From an uncultured Actinomycetes bacterium (lineage in GTDB: Bacteria > Actinomycetota > UBA4738 > HRBIN12): 64,000 nucleotides of DNA. The notes beneath the pieces are model-generated. The model saw nothing but the letters and a program-made list of their open reading frames with translations. It had not been told where the DNA came from and ran no database searches. Made by a program: the position numbers and the translations under genes. Of this stretch, positions 9,160 through 19,543 are shown one piece after another (the first letter of the stretch is position 1; every line of letters begins with the position of its first letter). The stretch lies in the NCBI GenBank assembly GCA_963817235.1, contig CAWFNS010000002.1:277703-341702 (forward strand). Reading direction: 5' to 3'.

Positions 9160-10355
9160 GCACGGGGGTCACCTTCCCCAACGGCTTCCGCGCGGCCGGG
9201 ATCTCGGCCGGCCTGAAGCCGAGCGGCCGGCCGGATCTGGCGTTGCTGATCGGCGACCCCGGCACGACGGCGGCCGGGCTGTTCACGACGAACGCGATGG
9301 CGGCCGCCCCGGTGGTGCTCGGGCGCCGGCGGCTCGCCGAGGGCCGGGGACGCGCCGTCCTCGTGAACAGCGGCCAGGCGAACGCCGGCACCGGCCTGCG
9401 CGGTCTCGACGACGCGGCGGCCACGAGCGCGGCCGCCGCCGCGCTGCTGCGGGTCGATCCCCTCGACGTGCTGCCGTGCTCGACCGGCGTGATCGGCGAG
9501 CCGCTCCACGTGACGCCGATGATCGAGGCGCTCCCACGCCTGATCGGAGCGCTCGCCTCCGACGGCGGCGAGGGCTTCGAACGCGCGATCATGACGACCG
9601 ACACCGTGCCGAAGTCGGCGACGGCGAGCGCCGGCGGGATCCGCGTCGGCGGGGCGGCCAAGGGCGTCGGGATGATCAGTCCGAACCTCGCCACGATGCT
9701 GACCTTCCTCACGACCGACGCGCGGGTCGCGGCGTCCGACCTGCGATCGCTCGCGCAGGCCGAGCTCAAGCCCCGGTTCAACGACCTGTCGGTCGACGGG
9801 TGCACCAGCACGAACGACACCGTCCTGCTCTTCGCGAGCGGGGCCGCCGGCGAGGAGCCGGTCGTGCCGGGCTCGGCCTCCTGGGCCGCGCTCGCGGCGG
9901 CCGTCGGGGAGGTCGCGGACGCCCTCGTCGCGCAGCTGATCCGCGACGCCGAGGGCGGCACGCGGGTCCTCATCGCCGAGATCGACGGGGCCGCCGACGA
10001 CGGCGCGGCCCGGGCGCTCGCGCGGGCGGTGGTCGATTCGCCGCTCGTGAAGACGGCGGCGTTCGGCGGCGATCCGAACCCCGGCCGGATCCTCCAGGCG
10101 GTCGGCGCCGCCGACGTCGACCTCGACCCGGCGGGCGTGGACGTGTGGATCGGCGATGCGCACCTCGTGGAGCGCGGCACGATCCCGCCGTCGTACTTCG
10201 CCGACGGCGCGCTGGAGGCGGACGCGCGCCGCGCCATGGCGTCGGACGAGTTCACGATCCGCGTGCGCGTCGGCGACGGCCCCGGACGGTCGCGGACGTT
10301 CGGCTGCGATCTGTCCTACGAGTACGTGCGGATCAACGGGGAGTACACGACGTGA
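9156..10355 (+). CDS. argJ: bifunctional glutamate N-acetyltransferase / amino-acid acetyltransferase
   Basis: Intact 399-aa ORF. The GTG overlaps the argC stop (GTGA). VNSGQANAGTG, PCSTGVIG, GMISPNLATMLTFLTTDA (autocleavage ATML site), TNDT. Confidence 0.9.
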   Translation: MSTGVTFPNGFRAAGISAGLKPSGRPDLALLIGDPGTTAAGLFTTNAMAAAPVVLGRRRLAEGRGRAVLVNSGQANAGTGLRGLDDAAATSAAAAALLRVDPLDVLPCSTGVIGEPLHVTPMIEALPRLIGALASDGGEGFERAIMTTDTVPKSATASAGGIRVGGAAKGVGMISPNLATMLTFLTTDARVAASDLRSLAQAELKPRFNDLSVDGCTSTNDTVLLFASGAAGEEPVVPGSASWAALAAAVGEVADALVAQLIRDAEGGTRVLIAEIDGAADDGAARALARAVVDSPLVKTAAFGGDPNPGRILQAVGAADVDLDPAGVDVWIGDAHLVERGTIPPSYFADGALEADARRAMASDEFTIRVRVGDGPGRSRTFGCDLSYEYVRINGEYTT

Positions 10356-11248
10356 GCGTGCCCGCCCTGCCGCCGCAGATCCGCGAGCGCACGGTCGCGA
10401 AGGCGCGCACGCTGCTCGAGGCGCTGCCGTTCATGCGGGCGCACCAGGGCAAGGCGATCGTCGTGAAGTACGGCGGCGCCGCGATGGACTCGGTCGGCCT
10501 GGCGGCGTCGTTCGCGCAGGACGTCGGGCTGCTCCAGTCGGTCGGCATCCGGCCGGTGATCGTGCACGGCGGCGGGCCCGCGGTGACGAAGATGTCCGCG
10601 CGGCTGGGGATCGAGACGACGTTCGTCGACGGGCTCCGCGTCACGGACGCCGAGACGCTCGACGTGGCCACGATGGTGCTGGCCGGCAAGCTCAACACCG
10701 AGGTGGTGGGCTCGCTCGTGGCCGGCGGCGTCGACGCGGTCGGCCTCTCGGGCGTGGACGGACGGCTCCTGCTCGCCCGGAAGTCCGAGGGCCCGGACCT
10801 CGGCTTCGTCGGCGAGGTCGTGCACGTCGACGCGCACGTCCTGTCGACGTTGCTGGCCGAGCGGTTCGTGCCGGTCGTCGCGTCGATCGCGCTGGACGAG
10901 GTCGGCCAGGCGTACAACGTGAACGCCGACGTCGTCGCGAGCGAGCTGGCGATGGCGATCGGCGCCGAGAAGCTCGTCTACCTGAACGACGTCCCGGGTG
11001 TGGTCGGCCCGAACGGCGAGCTGTTGTCGGAGCTCTCGGCGCGGCAGTGCCTCGAGCTGCTTGCGGCCGACGGCGTCGTCGACGGCGGCATGATCCCGAA
11101 GCTCGAGAGCGCGGCGCGGGCGCTCGCGGCGGGCGTCGACCGCGTCCACCTCGTCGACGGACGCGTCGAGCACTCGCTGGTGCTCGAGCTGTTCACGCCG
11201 GAGGGCGTCGGCACGATGATCACGCCGGACGCGGGAGCGCCCTCGTGA
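10352..11248 (+). CDS. argB: acetylglutamate kinase
   Basis: The GTG overlaps the argJ stop. AIVVKYGGAAM, PVIVHGGGP, GFVGEV, NVNADVVASELA, GGMIPKLE. Confidence 0.9.
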   Translation: MSVPALPPQIRERTVAKARTLLEALPFMRAHQGKAIVVKYGGAAMDSVGLAASFAQDVGLLQSVGIRPVIVHGGGPAVTKMSARLGIETTFVDGLRVTDAETLDVATMVLAGKLNTEVVGSLVAGGVDAVGLSGVDGRLLLARKSEGPDLGFVGEVVHVDAHVLSTLLAERFVPVVASIALDEVGQAYNVNADVVASELAMAIGAEKLVYLNDVPGVVGPNGELLSELSARQCLELLAADGVVDGGMIPKLESAARALAAGVDRVHLVDGRVEHSLVLELFTPEGVGTMITPDAGAPS

Positions 11249-12417
11249 TCGACGAGCCCGCCGTGATGCCCACGTACGCGCGGTACCCGGTGACGCTCGT
11301 GCGCGGCGAGGGCCTGCGGGTCTGGGACGACGCCGGCCGCTCCTACCTCGACCTGATCGGCGGGCTGGGCGCGTTGTCGCTCGGGCACTGCCACCCGGTG
11401 TGGGTCGAGGCCGTGGAGCGGGCCGCGCGGACGATCGGCATGACCTCGAACCTCGTGGCGACCGTCCCGCAGGCCGACCTCGCGGACCGGCTCGCGGCGC
11501 TCGTGCCGATCGAGGACGCGCGCGTGTTCTTCTGCAACTCCGGGGCGGAGGCGAACGAGGCGCTGCTGAAGCTGGTCCGCAAGCACGGGCTGCGCGCAGG
11601 ACGTCCGGCGATCGTCGTCCTCGACGGCTCGTTCCACGGCCGGACGATGGCGACCCTCGCGGCCACCGGCCAGCCGGCGAAGCGCGCGCCGTTCGAACCG
11701 CTCGTGGACTGGTTCCGGTTCGTGCCGCCCGGCGACCTGGCGGCGCTCGACGAGGCGCTCGCGCCCGGCGACGTCGGCGCCGTGTTCCTGGAGCCGGTCC
11801 TCGGCGAGGGCGGGGTGGTCCCGCTCAGCACCGGCTACCTGCGCGGCGTCCGCGATCGATGCGACGCGGCCGGCGCGCTGCTGGCGGTGGACGAGGTCCA
11901 GGCCGGCGCCGGCCGCGTCGGCGAGTGGCTGAGCATCTCGCTGGCGGGCGTCCGGCCGGATGTCGCGTCGCTGGCGAAGGCGCTCGGCGGCGGCCTGCCG
12001 ATCGGCGCCCTCGTCGCGCGGGCCGATCTCTCGTTCGAGCCGGGCGAGCACGCCTCGACGTTCGGCGGCGGGCCGGTGCCGTGCGCGGCCGCGCTCAGCG
12101 TGCTCGACGTGATCGAGCGCGACGGTCTCCTCGCGGAGGTGCGGACGATGGGCGCGCTCCTGCGCCGCGAGGTCGAGCGGCTGGCGCCGGCGGGATCGCT
12201 CCGCGAGATCCGCGGCCGCGGCCTGCTGATCGGGTTCGAGGTCGCCGAGGGTCTCGACGCGACGACCGTCGTCCACGGGCTGCGCGAGCGCGGTGTGCTG
12301 GCGTCCACGGCCGGGCCCGGCGTCGTCCGGTTCACGCCGCCGTTCACGATCGACGCCGGCGAGGTCGACGTGGCGGCCAAGGCGATGGCCGAGGCGCTCG
12401 CGGAGGCGGCGGCATGA
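11245..12417 (+). CDS. argD: acetylornithine aminotransferase
   Basis: The GTG overlaps the argB stop. CNSGAEANEAALKL-type motif (FFCNSGAEANEALLKL), DEVQAGAGRVG, SLAKALGGGLPIGA (PLP lysine), TFGGGP. Confidence 0.9.
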   Translation: MIDEPAVMPTYARYPVTLVRGEGLRVWDDAGRSYLDLIGGLGALSLGHCHPVWVEAVERAARTIGMTSNLVATVPQADLADRLAALVPIEDARVFFCNSGAEANEALLKLVRKHGLRAGRPAIVVLDGSFHGRTMATLAATGQPAKRAPFEPLVDWFRFVPPGDLAALDEALAPGDVGAVFLEPVLGEGGVVPLSTGYLRGVRDRCDAAGALLAVDEVQAGAGRVGEWLSISLAGVRPDVASLAKALGGGLPIGALVARADLSFEPGEHASTFGGGPVPCAAALSVLDVIERDGLLAEVRTMGALLRREVERLAPAGSLREIRGRGLLIGFEVAEGLDATTVVHGLRERGVLASTAGPGVVRFTPPFTIDAGEVDVAAKAMAEALAEAAA

Positions 12418-12896
12418 GCGCCGGCAACGGGGCGGTGAAGTCGCGACGCCAGACGGCGATCCTCGACCTCGTCGACCGGGAGCGCCTGGGGAGCCAGGGC
12501 GAGATCCGGGAGCGGCTCGCGGCGCGCGGGATCGAGGCGACGCAGTCGACGATCAGCCGCGACATCGAGGAGCTCGGCCTCGCGCGGGTGCACGGTCCGG
12601 AGGGGATGCGCTACGTCGTGCCCGGCGGCGCGAACGGCCGCGCACCGGTCGGCCCGCTCAAGCGGCTCCTCGACGAGTTCGCGCTGTCGCTGCGGCGCAC
12701 CGACGCGGGCTTGCTCGTCCGGACGCCGCCCGGCGCGGCCGCGGCGCTCGCCGAGGGCCTCGACCGGGCCGGGCTGGCCGAGGTGGCCGGCACGATCGCC
12801 GGCGACGACACGATCTTGATCCTGGGCAACGAAGGCGTGCGGGCGGCCGACCTCGAGTCGGCCCTGGCGGACATCACGGAAGGCAGGACCCGATGA
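12414..12896 (+). CDS. argR: arginine repressor
   Basis: The ATG overlaps the argD stop (ATGA). RRQTAILDLV..GSQGEIRERLAARGIEATQSTISRDIEELGL winged helix, and C-terminal GTIAGDDTILIL arginine-binding core. Confidence 0.9.
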   Translation: MSAGNGAVKSRRQTAILDLVDRERLGSQGEIRERLAARGIEATQSTISRDIEELGLARVHGPEGMRYVVPGGANGRAPVGPLKRLLDEFALSLRRTDAGLLVRTPPGAAAALAEGLDRAGLAEVAGTIAGDDTILILGNEGVRAADLESALADITEGRTR

Positions 12897-14092
12897 CGGA
12901 CAAGGCGGTGCTCGCCTACAGCGGCGGGCTGGACACGTCGGTCACGATCCGGTGGCTGGCCGAGCGGGGCTACGAGGTGCACGCGGTCGTCGTGGACGTC
13001 GGGCAACGGGAGGACTTCGACGCGATCCTCGAGCGCGGTCGCGACGCGGGCGCGGCCGACGTGCGGGTCATCGACGCGGTCGAGCGGTTCGCGGCCGATT
13101 TCCTGACCCGGGCGATCGTCGCGAACGGGCTCTACGAAGGGGCGTATCCGATGGTGTCGGCGCTCGCGCGGCCGTGCATCGCCGAGGAGATCGTCCGCGT
13201 CGCGCGCGAGGTGGGCGCCGGCACGCTCGCGCACGGGTGCACCGGCAAGGGCAACGACCAGGTGCGGTTCGAGGTGTCGTTCTCCGTGCTCGCCCCGGAC
13301 CTGTCGATCGTGGCGCCGATCCGCGACGCCGGCATCGCGCGCGAGAAGGCCCTCGCGCTGGCCGAGGAGTGGGGGATCGCGGTCCCGTCGGTCGCGACGA
13401 CGTACTCCGTCGACCAGAACCTCTGGGGCCGCACGGTGGAATGCGGTCCGCTCGAGGATCCCTGGGTCGCGCCACCGGAGGATGCGTTCGAGCGGACGGC
13501 CGCGCCGGCGGCGCGGCCGCAGGAGCCCGCGGAGATCGAGATCGGGTTCGAGCGCGGGGTCCCGGTGTCGGTCGACGGCGAGGCGATGGACCTGCCGGCG
13601 ATCGTGCGCGCGCTCGACGCGCGCGCCGGCGCCTACGGCTTCGGCCGCGTGGACATGATCGAGAACCGCCGGATCGGGATCAAGAGCCGCGAGCTGTACG
13701 AGGTGCCGGGCGCGCTCGCGATCATCCTGGCGCACCGGGCGCTGGAGGACCTCACGCTCGAGCGGGACGTGGCGCACCACAAGCCGGGGATCGAGGCGCG
13801 GTGGGCCGAGCTGGTCTACGACGGCCAGTGGTTCGGTCCGCTCCGCCAGGCGATCGACGCGTACGTCGCGGCGACGCAGATCTCGGTGAGCGGCGACGTC
13901 CGGCTGCGGCTCGAGCCGGGCACCTGCACGGTGGTCGGCCGGCGCTCGGCCGGGTCGCTCTACGACCTGTCGCTCGCGACGTACGGGGCCGGCGACGCGT
14001 TCGATCAGTCGGACGCGCGCGGCTACCTCCGCCTCTCGGGGCTGCCGCTGGCCGTGTGGGCGGCGAAGCAGGCGGCGAAGGCGAACGGATGA
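12893..14092 (+). CDS. argG: argininosuccinate synthase
   Basis: The ATG overlaps the argR stop. AVLAYSGGLDTS, AHGCTGKGNDQVRFE, DQNLWGR, ENRRIGIKSRELYE. Confidence 0.9.
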   Translation: MTDKAVLAYSGGLDTSVTIRWLAERGYEVHAVVVDVGQREDFDAILERGRDAGAADVRVIDAVERFAADFLTRAIVANGLYEGAYPMVSALARPCIAEEIVRVAREVGAGTLAHGCTGKGNDQVRFEVSFSVLAPDLSIVAPIRDAGIAREKALALAEEWGIAVPSVATTYSVDQNLWGRTVECGPLEDPWVAPPEDAFERTAAPAARPQEPAEIEIGFERGVPVSVDGEAMDLPAIVRALDARAGAYGFGRVDMIENRRIGIKSRELYEVPGALAIILAHRALEDLTLERDVAHHKPGIEARWAELVYDGQWFGPLRQAIDAYVAATQISVSGDVRLRLEPGTCTVVGRRSAGSLYDLSLATYGAGDAFDQSDARGYLRLSGLPLAVWAAKQAAKANG

Positions 14093-14096
14093 GCGG

Positions 14097-15487
14097 GTGA
14101 GCGACGACGGCGCGCCGCTGTGGGGCGGCCGGTTCTCGTCGCCGCCGGCGCCGGCGGCGCACGCGCTCGGGAGCTCGATCGCGTTCGACGTACGGCTCGC
14201 GCCGCACGACGTCGCCGCGTCGATCGCGCACGTCCGCGCCCTCGAAGACGCCGGCGTGCTCGACGGCGTCGACGCCGATCGGCTGGCGTCGGCGCTCGAG
14301 GAGGTCGGCGCCGCGATCGCCGAGGGGCGGTTCGCGTTCGATGACGCCGACGAGGACGTGCACTCGGCGATCGAACGCGGCGTGACCGACCGGCTCGGCG
14401 ACCTCGGCGCCCGCCTGCACGCGGGCCGCTCGCGCAACGACCTCGTGATGACGGACCTGCGGTCGTGGCTCCGGGAGGCCGCCGGCGCGATCGACGAGGA
14501 CTGCCGGCGGCTGGCGCTCGCGCTCGTCGAACGCGCGCGCGAGCACGTGGCCACCGTGATGCCGGGGACGACGCACCTCCGAGCGGCGCAGCCGGTGACC
14601 CTCGGGCATCACCTGTGCGCGCACGCCTGGGCGCTCACGCGGGACCGGGAACGGCTGGCGCAGTGGTCGGAGCGGGCCTCGGTCTGTCCGCTCGGCGCGG
14701 GCGCGCTCGCGACGTCGACGCTCGGGCTGGACGCCGCGGCGACGGCCCGGCGGCTGGGGTTCGGCCGGCCGTTCGAGAACTCGCTCGACGCGGTGAGCGA
14801 CCGCGACGTCGTGCAGGAGTTCCTCGCCGTCGCGGCGATCCTCGCCACGCACGCGTCCCGGCTGGCCGCCGATCTGGCTCGATGGACGGATCCGATGCTC
14901 GGCTGGGCCGAGCTGGACGACGCGTACGCGACGGGGTCGAGCATGATGCCGCAGAAGCGGAACCCGGACAGCGCCGAGTTGGTCCGGGCGAAGGCCGCGC
15001 GGATCGCCGGGGACTTCGCCACGGTCTGCGCCGTCCTGCAGGGGCTGCCGCTCGGCTATCACCGCGATCTGCAGGAGGACAAGGAGCCGGCGTTCGACGC
15101 CGCGGACACGCTGGCGCTCGTGCTGCCGGCCCTCGAGGGCGCCGTCCGGACGATCCGGTTCGACGAGGCGGCGATGCGGGCCGCGTGCCGAGGACGATGG
15201 GCCTGTACGCGACGGATCTGACCGAGGGGCTCGTCCGCAGCGGCGTGCCGTTCCGCATCGCCCATCGCCGGACGGGGGAGCTGTTGCAGCGTCTGGGGGA
15301 CGAGGGCCGGAGCCTCGGCGACCTCACCGCCTCGGAGTGGGAGGCGTACGGACTCCCCGACGGCGCCGGGTTCCTCGACCCGGACCGTGCCGTCCGGGTC
15401 CGCGACGGACGCGGCGGGCCGGCACCTGCGGCCGTCGCCGAGCAGATCACCGAGCTGCAGCGCCTCCTCGAGGTCGACCGCTCCTAG
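14097..15487 (+). CDS. argH: argininosuccinate lyase, frame-disrupted near the 3' end as assembled
   Basis: LWGGRF, HAGRSRNDLV, MPGTTHLRAAQP, GSSMMPQKRNPDSAELVR. The frame changes f2 to f0 to f1 around 15186-15203. Removing t15186 and one c of 15202-15203 gives ..MRAAAEDDGLYATDLTE... Confidence 0.85.
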
Positions 15488-16601
15488 ACACGGAGCCGCC
15501 GCAGCACGGCGGTTCCGAGCACGATCATCGCCAGCGCGAACACGGCGAGCGCCGCCAGCTCGGGAGCGATATCGATGAGACCCGCGCCCGCGAGCATCAC
15601 CTCCCGGAGCGCTCGCACCGCGTAGGTCATCGGCAGGAGCGCCGAGATCCACTGCAGCGGGGGCCACAGCGTCCGGATCGGCCAGAACAACCCGCAGAGG
15701 AACACCTGCGGCAGCAACACGAGCGGGATGAACTGGATCACCTGGAGCTCGGTCCGCGCCTCGAACGACAGTGCGATCCCGAGGTTCACGACGCCCACGA
15801 CGAGGAGGATGAGGACGGCGAACACGAGCCAGACCGGTCCCGCGATCTGCGCGTGCAGGATGAGGGTCGCGTATGCGAGCACGATCAGCGCTTGGATCGA
15901 AGCGAAGGGAACGAACCCCACCATGTAGCCCGCGAGGATCTCGCGGGCGCGGATCGGCGAGGCGAGGAGCCGCTCCAGCGTGCCGGAGGAACGCTCGCGG
16001 AGGAACGAGACGCTCGTGATCATGAACGTGAAGAGGAATCCGAAGACGGTGATCATCGCCGGCGCCGCATAGCTGATCGTCGACGGGCGTCGGTTCGTGG
16101 CGAGCGAGACGCGGTCGACGGTGATGCCCGGGAGGTCGCCGGGGGTCACGTGCACGCCGCGGACCTCGGCGGCCGCCGACGCGGCCGCGAGCGCGAGCGG
16201 CGTCTCGACCTGCACGTCAAGGCCCGGCGTCACGACGGTGATCCGACCGAGCGACGCGGTCGGTCCGACGCCCGTCGGTTCGGCCAGCACGAGCCCGTCG
16301 AGCGAGCCGCCGTCACTCGGGCCCTCCCGGCCGCTTCGGAGGTGACGTCGGTCACCCGGATCCCGGGTCGGCGGCGGAGCTGATCCTGGAACGCGAGGAC
16401 GGGGGCGGCCTCGCCGCCGGGCGTGATGGCGGGCGGAACGACGCCGACCCGAAGCGGCTCCTTCCCCGTGTCGCCCACCATGTAGCCGATCAGCGCCATC
16501 ACGACCAACGGGACGATCACGATCAGCCCGAGGGTGCGCCGGTCGTGACGGAACGTGCGGATGATCCGGAGCGCGAGCGCCCCGATCCGTGCGCCGTTCA
16601 C
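15484..16601 (-). CDS. ABC-2 type transporter permease, frame-disrupted as assembled
   Basis: The GTG 16601 overlaps the ATPase stop (GTGA). The N-terminal piece VNGARIGALALRIIRTFRHDRRTLGLIVIVPLVV is in one frame. The C-terminal piece FLRERSSGTLERLLASP...multi-helix region is in another, with the switch near 16320. Confidence 0.75.
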
Positions 16602-17323
16602 GATCCCGACCTGCCCCGCAACGCAAGGAACGCCTCCTCGACGGTGCCCGCGCCGGTCCGCCGGCGCAGTTCGTCCGCCGTCCCGACGTCCAGCACGCGC
16701 CCGTCGGCGACGAAGGCGACGCGGTCGCAACGGTCGGCCTCGTCCATCACGTGGGTGGTCACGAGGATCGTGGTGCCCGTCCCCTGGAGGGTGGCGAACT
16801 CGCTCCAGAGCCGATGCCGCAGCTCGGGGTCGATGCCGACCGTGGGTTCGTCGAGCAATAGGAGTCGGGGGTCGTGCACCATCGCGCACGCGAGGTTCGC
16901 GAGCTGCCGCTGACCGCCGGAGAGCTCATGCACCGGCCGGTCCACCTCGTCGTCGATGCGGAGCAGGTCGGACAAGCGCCGCGTGCGCTCGCGGACCGTG
17001 GATCGGCCGAGCCCGTAGACGCGACCGAAGAACGAGAGGTTCTCCCGCACCGACAGGTCGTCGTAGAGCGCGGCGGACTGCGTCATGTATCCGATCCGGT
17101 TCGCCACGCTCCGTCCCGGAGGTTGGCCGAGCACGGCGACCGTTCCTCGGTCGAGGGAGAGCAGACCCGCGACGGTGCGGATGAACGTGGACTTGCCCGA
17201 TCCGTTCGGCCCGATCAGCCCGAGCACCTCGCCGGTCCGCACGCCGAGGGTGAACCCGTCGAGGGCGCGAACCGTGCCGAAGGACTTGCCCAACCCGTGC
17301 GCGTCGATCGCGAGGTCCGTCAC
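16598..17323 (-). CDS. ABC transporter ATP-binding protein
   Basis: Intact 241-aa ORF. Walker A GPNGSGKST, signature LSGGQRQ, Walker B LLLLDEPT. Confidence 0.9.
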   Translation of the reverse strand: MTDLAIDAHGLGKSFGTVRALDGFTLGVRTGEVLGLIGPNGSGKSTFIRTVAGLLSLDRGTVAVLGQPPGRSVANRIGYMTQSAALYDDLSVRENLSFFGRVYGLGRSTVRERTRRLSDLLRIDDEVDRPVHELSGGQRQLANLACAMVHDPRLLLLDEPTVGIDPELRHRLWSEFATLQGTGTTILVTTHVMDEADRCDRVAFVADGRVLDVGTADELRRRTGAGTVEEAFLALRGRSGS

Positions 17324-17362
17324 CGCTCCATCATCGACGAGGCCGAGAAGCCCCGACGTGAC

Positions 17363-17389
17363 GGAGGGCCCGCCATCTGCGGGCCCTCC
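17363..17389 (-). terminator. GC-rich hairpin downstream of the cold-shock gene
   Basis: GGAGGGCCCGC-catct-GCGGGCCCTCC: perfect 11-bp stem, 24 nt after the csp stop. There is no U-tract, so termination function is inferred only. Confidence 0.4.
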
Positions 17390-17412
17390 GATGTCGATCT
17401 GGCGCTCGCGAT

Positions 17413-17613
17413 CTACACGACGCGGACGTTCGCGGCCTGCGGGCCCTTCTGGCCCTCGACGACGTCGAACTCCACCGCCTGCCCCTCTTCGAGGTTGCGG
17501 TACCCCTCACCTTGGATCGCGGAGAAATGCACGAACACGTCGGGACCACCCTCCTGCAGGATGAACCCGAAGCCCTTCTCCGGGCTGAACCACTTCACGG
17601 TTCCGTTCGCCAC
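17413..17613 (-). CDS. cspA: cold-shock protein (CspA family)
   Basis: 66 aa. [15 protein letters not shown] (RNP1) and DVFVHFS (RNP2). GTG start with a G-rich SD. Confidence 0.9.
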   Translation of the reverse strand: MANGTVKWFSPEKGFGFILQEGGPDVFVHFSAIQGEGYRNLEEGQAVEFDVVEGQKGPQAANVRVV

Positions 17614-17782
17614 CGGCGTTCCCCCCTTCCTCGGCCCGGACGGACGTGGTGCGGGTGCATGTCCGCCGGCCTCCGGCGCTCCCGGCGCCGAGAGGGAACT
17701 GCTCGTCGTGCGGAACCGCGATGCTGAACCCTCGGCGGGGAACGATACCCGACCGTATCCGGTCGATGCCAGCCTCGTGGGC

Positions 17783-17788
17783 TAGGCT
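17783..17788 (+). promoter_or_regulatory. candidate -10 hexamer (TAGGCT) of a leaderless transcript
   Basis: 8 nt upstream of GTG 17797, with no SD. Confidence 0.35.
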
Positions 17789-17796
17789 CAACGATC

Positions 17797-18517
17797 GTGG
17801 AGCGGAGCTTCGGAAGCGCCCTCGTGCTGTTCGCGCATCCCGACGACGCCGAGTTCATGTGCGGCGGCACCGTCGCCGCGCTGGGCCCGCGGTGGGTGCG
17901 ACGTGCACTACGTGGTGATCACCGACGGCTCCGCCGGCTCGAACGAGCCGGGCGTCACCCGCGCACAGCTGCGCCCGATCCGCGAGCGCGAGCAGCGCGC
18001 CGCCGCCGACGTGTTGGGCGTGCGGAGCGTGACGATGCTCGGCGAGGTGGACGGCACGCTCGAGGTCACGCTGGACACGCGGCGGAAGGTCTGTCGGGAG
18101 GTGCGCCGGCTGCGCCCCGAGGTGATCGTCGCGCCCGACCCGTCGCGGCTGTGGACCGACAACTACGTGAACCACTGGGACCACAAGCAGGCCGGGCTCC
18201 TCGCGCTCACGGTCGTCATGCCGGATGCGCCGACGCGGCCGATGTTCCCGGAGCTCGAGGACGAGGGCCTCGAGCCGTTCGAGGTGCCGAACCTGTGGCT
18301 CTCCTCGAACGAGCCCGACACCTACGTCGACATCACCGACACGATGGACACGAAGCTGGCCGCGCTCGCCGAACACGTCTCGCAGGGGACCGGCGAGGCC
18401 GAGCCCTGGGTCCGGAAACGGGCCGAAGAGCTTGCGGCGCAGAGCGAACTCGGCTGCACGTACGCCGAGGGGTTCAAGGCGCTCCGGTTCGTGGACGACG
18501 AAGAGGAACAGGGATGA
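17797..18517 (+). CDS. PIG-L family deacetylase (LmbE/MshB-like), one frame hop as assembled
   Basis: VLFAHPDDAEFMCGGT, then HYVVITDGSAGS...HWDH. Deleting the single base c17881 restores ..GGTVAAWARGGCDVHYVVITDG... Confidence 0.75.
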
Positions 18518-19026
18518 ACGAGGGAGCACCGATCGAGGAGGGCCCCGGCGAGCTCTCGGAGCGCGAGCGCCGCGATATCGCCGCGGACCTCCAGGACCTC
18601 GCGAAGATGTTCGGCGTGTTCGCCCCCCAGGGGGTCAAGGGGGTCGTGATCGCCTGCCAGGACTGCGGCGAGAACCATTTCTACGAGTGGGACCTCCTGC
18701 GCGAGAACCTCGAGCACATGCTCGACACCGGCGAGCCGCGGATGCACGAGCCGGCGTGGAACATCCACGAGGACGAGTACATCCAGTGGGACTACGGCAA
18801 GGGCTACATCGACGCGCTCGCGGACGCCGGCCTGGAGGCCGACCGCACCATCGAGATCACGACCTGCCCGTGGTGCGCGACGCCGTTCGACGACGCCTCC
18901 CGGTTCTGCCCGCGATGCGGCCGGCAGCTGGGCGCGATCCGCCTGTACCGCGAGCTGCTCGACCGCGGCGTCGAGGAGCGCGAGGCCAGGGCGATGCTCG
19001 TCCGCGCCGGCTACGACCCGTTCTGA
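18514..19026 (+). CDS. conserved hypothetical protein with C-terminal CxxC...CxxC zinc-ribbon
   Basis: The ATG overlaps the deacetylase stop (ATGA). ACQDCGENHFYEW and TTCPWCATPFDDASRFCPRCG motifs. Function unknown. Confidence 0.6.
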   Translation: MNEGAPIEEGPGELSERERRDIAADLQDLAKMFGVFAPQGVKGVVIACQDCGENHFYEWDLLRENLEHMLDTGEPRMHEPAWNIHEDEYIQWDYGKGYIDALADAGLEADRTIEITTCPWCATPFDDASRFCPRCGRQLGAIRLYRELLDRGVEEREARAMLVRAGYDPF

Positions 19027-19039
19027 GCGCGGCCGGGCG

Positions 19040-19045
19040 TATCCT
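19040..19045 (+). promoter_or_regulatory. candidate -10 hexamer (TATCCT) of a leaderless transcript
   Basis: 8 nt upstream of ATG 19054, with no SD. Confidence 0.35.
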
Positions 19046-19053
19046 GTCGCGCC

Positions 19054-19531
19054 ATGTACTACCAGTGGATCCTCCTCCTGCACATCCTGTCGGTGCTCGC
19101 GCTGCTGGGCACCCATGGGACGTCGATGGTCGTCCTGTACCGGATCCGCGCCGAACGCGACCGGCGGAAGATCGTCGACCTGATCAGCCTGTCGGGTGAG
19201 ACCTCGATCCCGATGTACGTCTCCATCGGCGCGATCGTCGCTGACCGGGATCCTGCTGGGCCTGAAGCTGACGGTGTTCTCGAACTGGTGGATCTGGGTC
19301 GCGATCGGGATCTTGGCGGTGATGATCGCGCTGATGACCGCGATCGCGAAGCCGTACTTCCGCCGGGTGAAGGAAGCGTGCGAGGTCCGGCCCTCCGGCG
19401 TGCCGCGCGTCTCCGACGAGGAGCTCGGCCAGATCCTGCGGTCCTCGCGCGCGCACGTGATCACGGCGATCGGCGTGATCGGGCTGGTGGCGATCCTCTA
19501 CCTGATGGTGTTCCAGCCCGGCGCGGCCTGA
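19054..19531 (+). CDS. small integral membrane protein, one frame hop as assembled
   Basis: MYYQWILLLHILSVLALLG... (frame 0) continues as ..LTGILLGLKLTVFSNWWIWVAIGILAVMIALM...VIGLVAILYLMVF (frame 1, switch near 19240). About four predicted helices. Confidence 0.5.
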
Positions 19532-19543
19532 CCGCGCCGGGAC

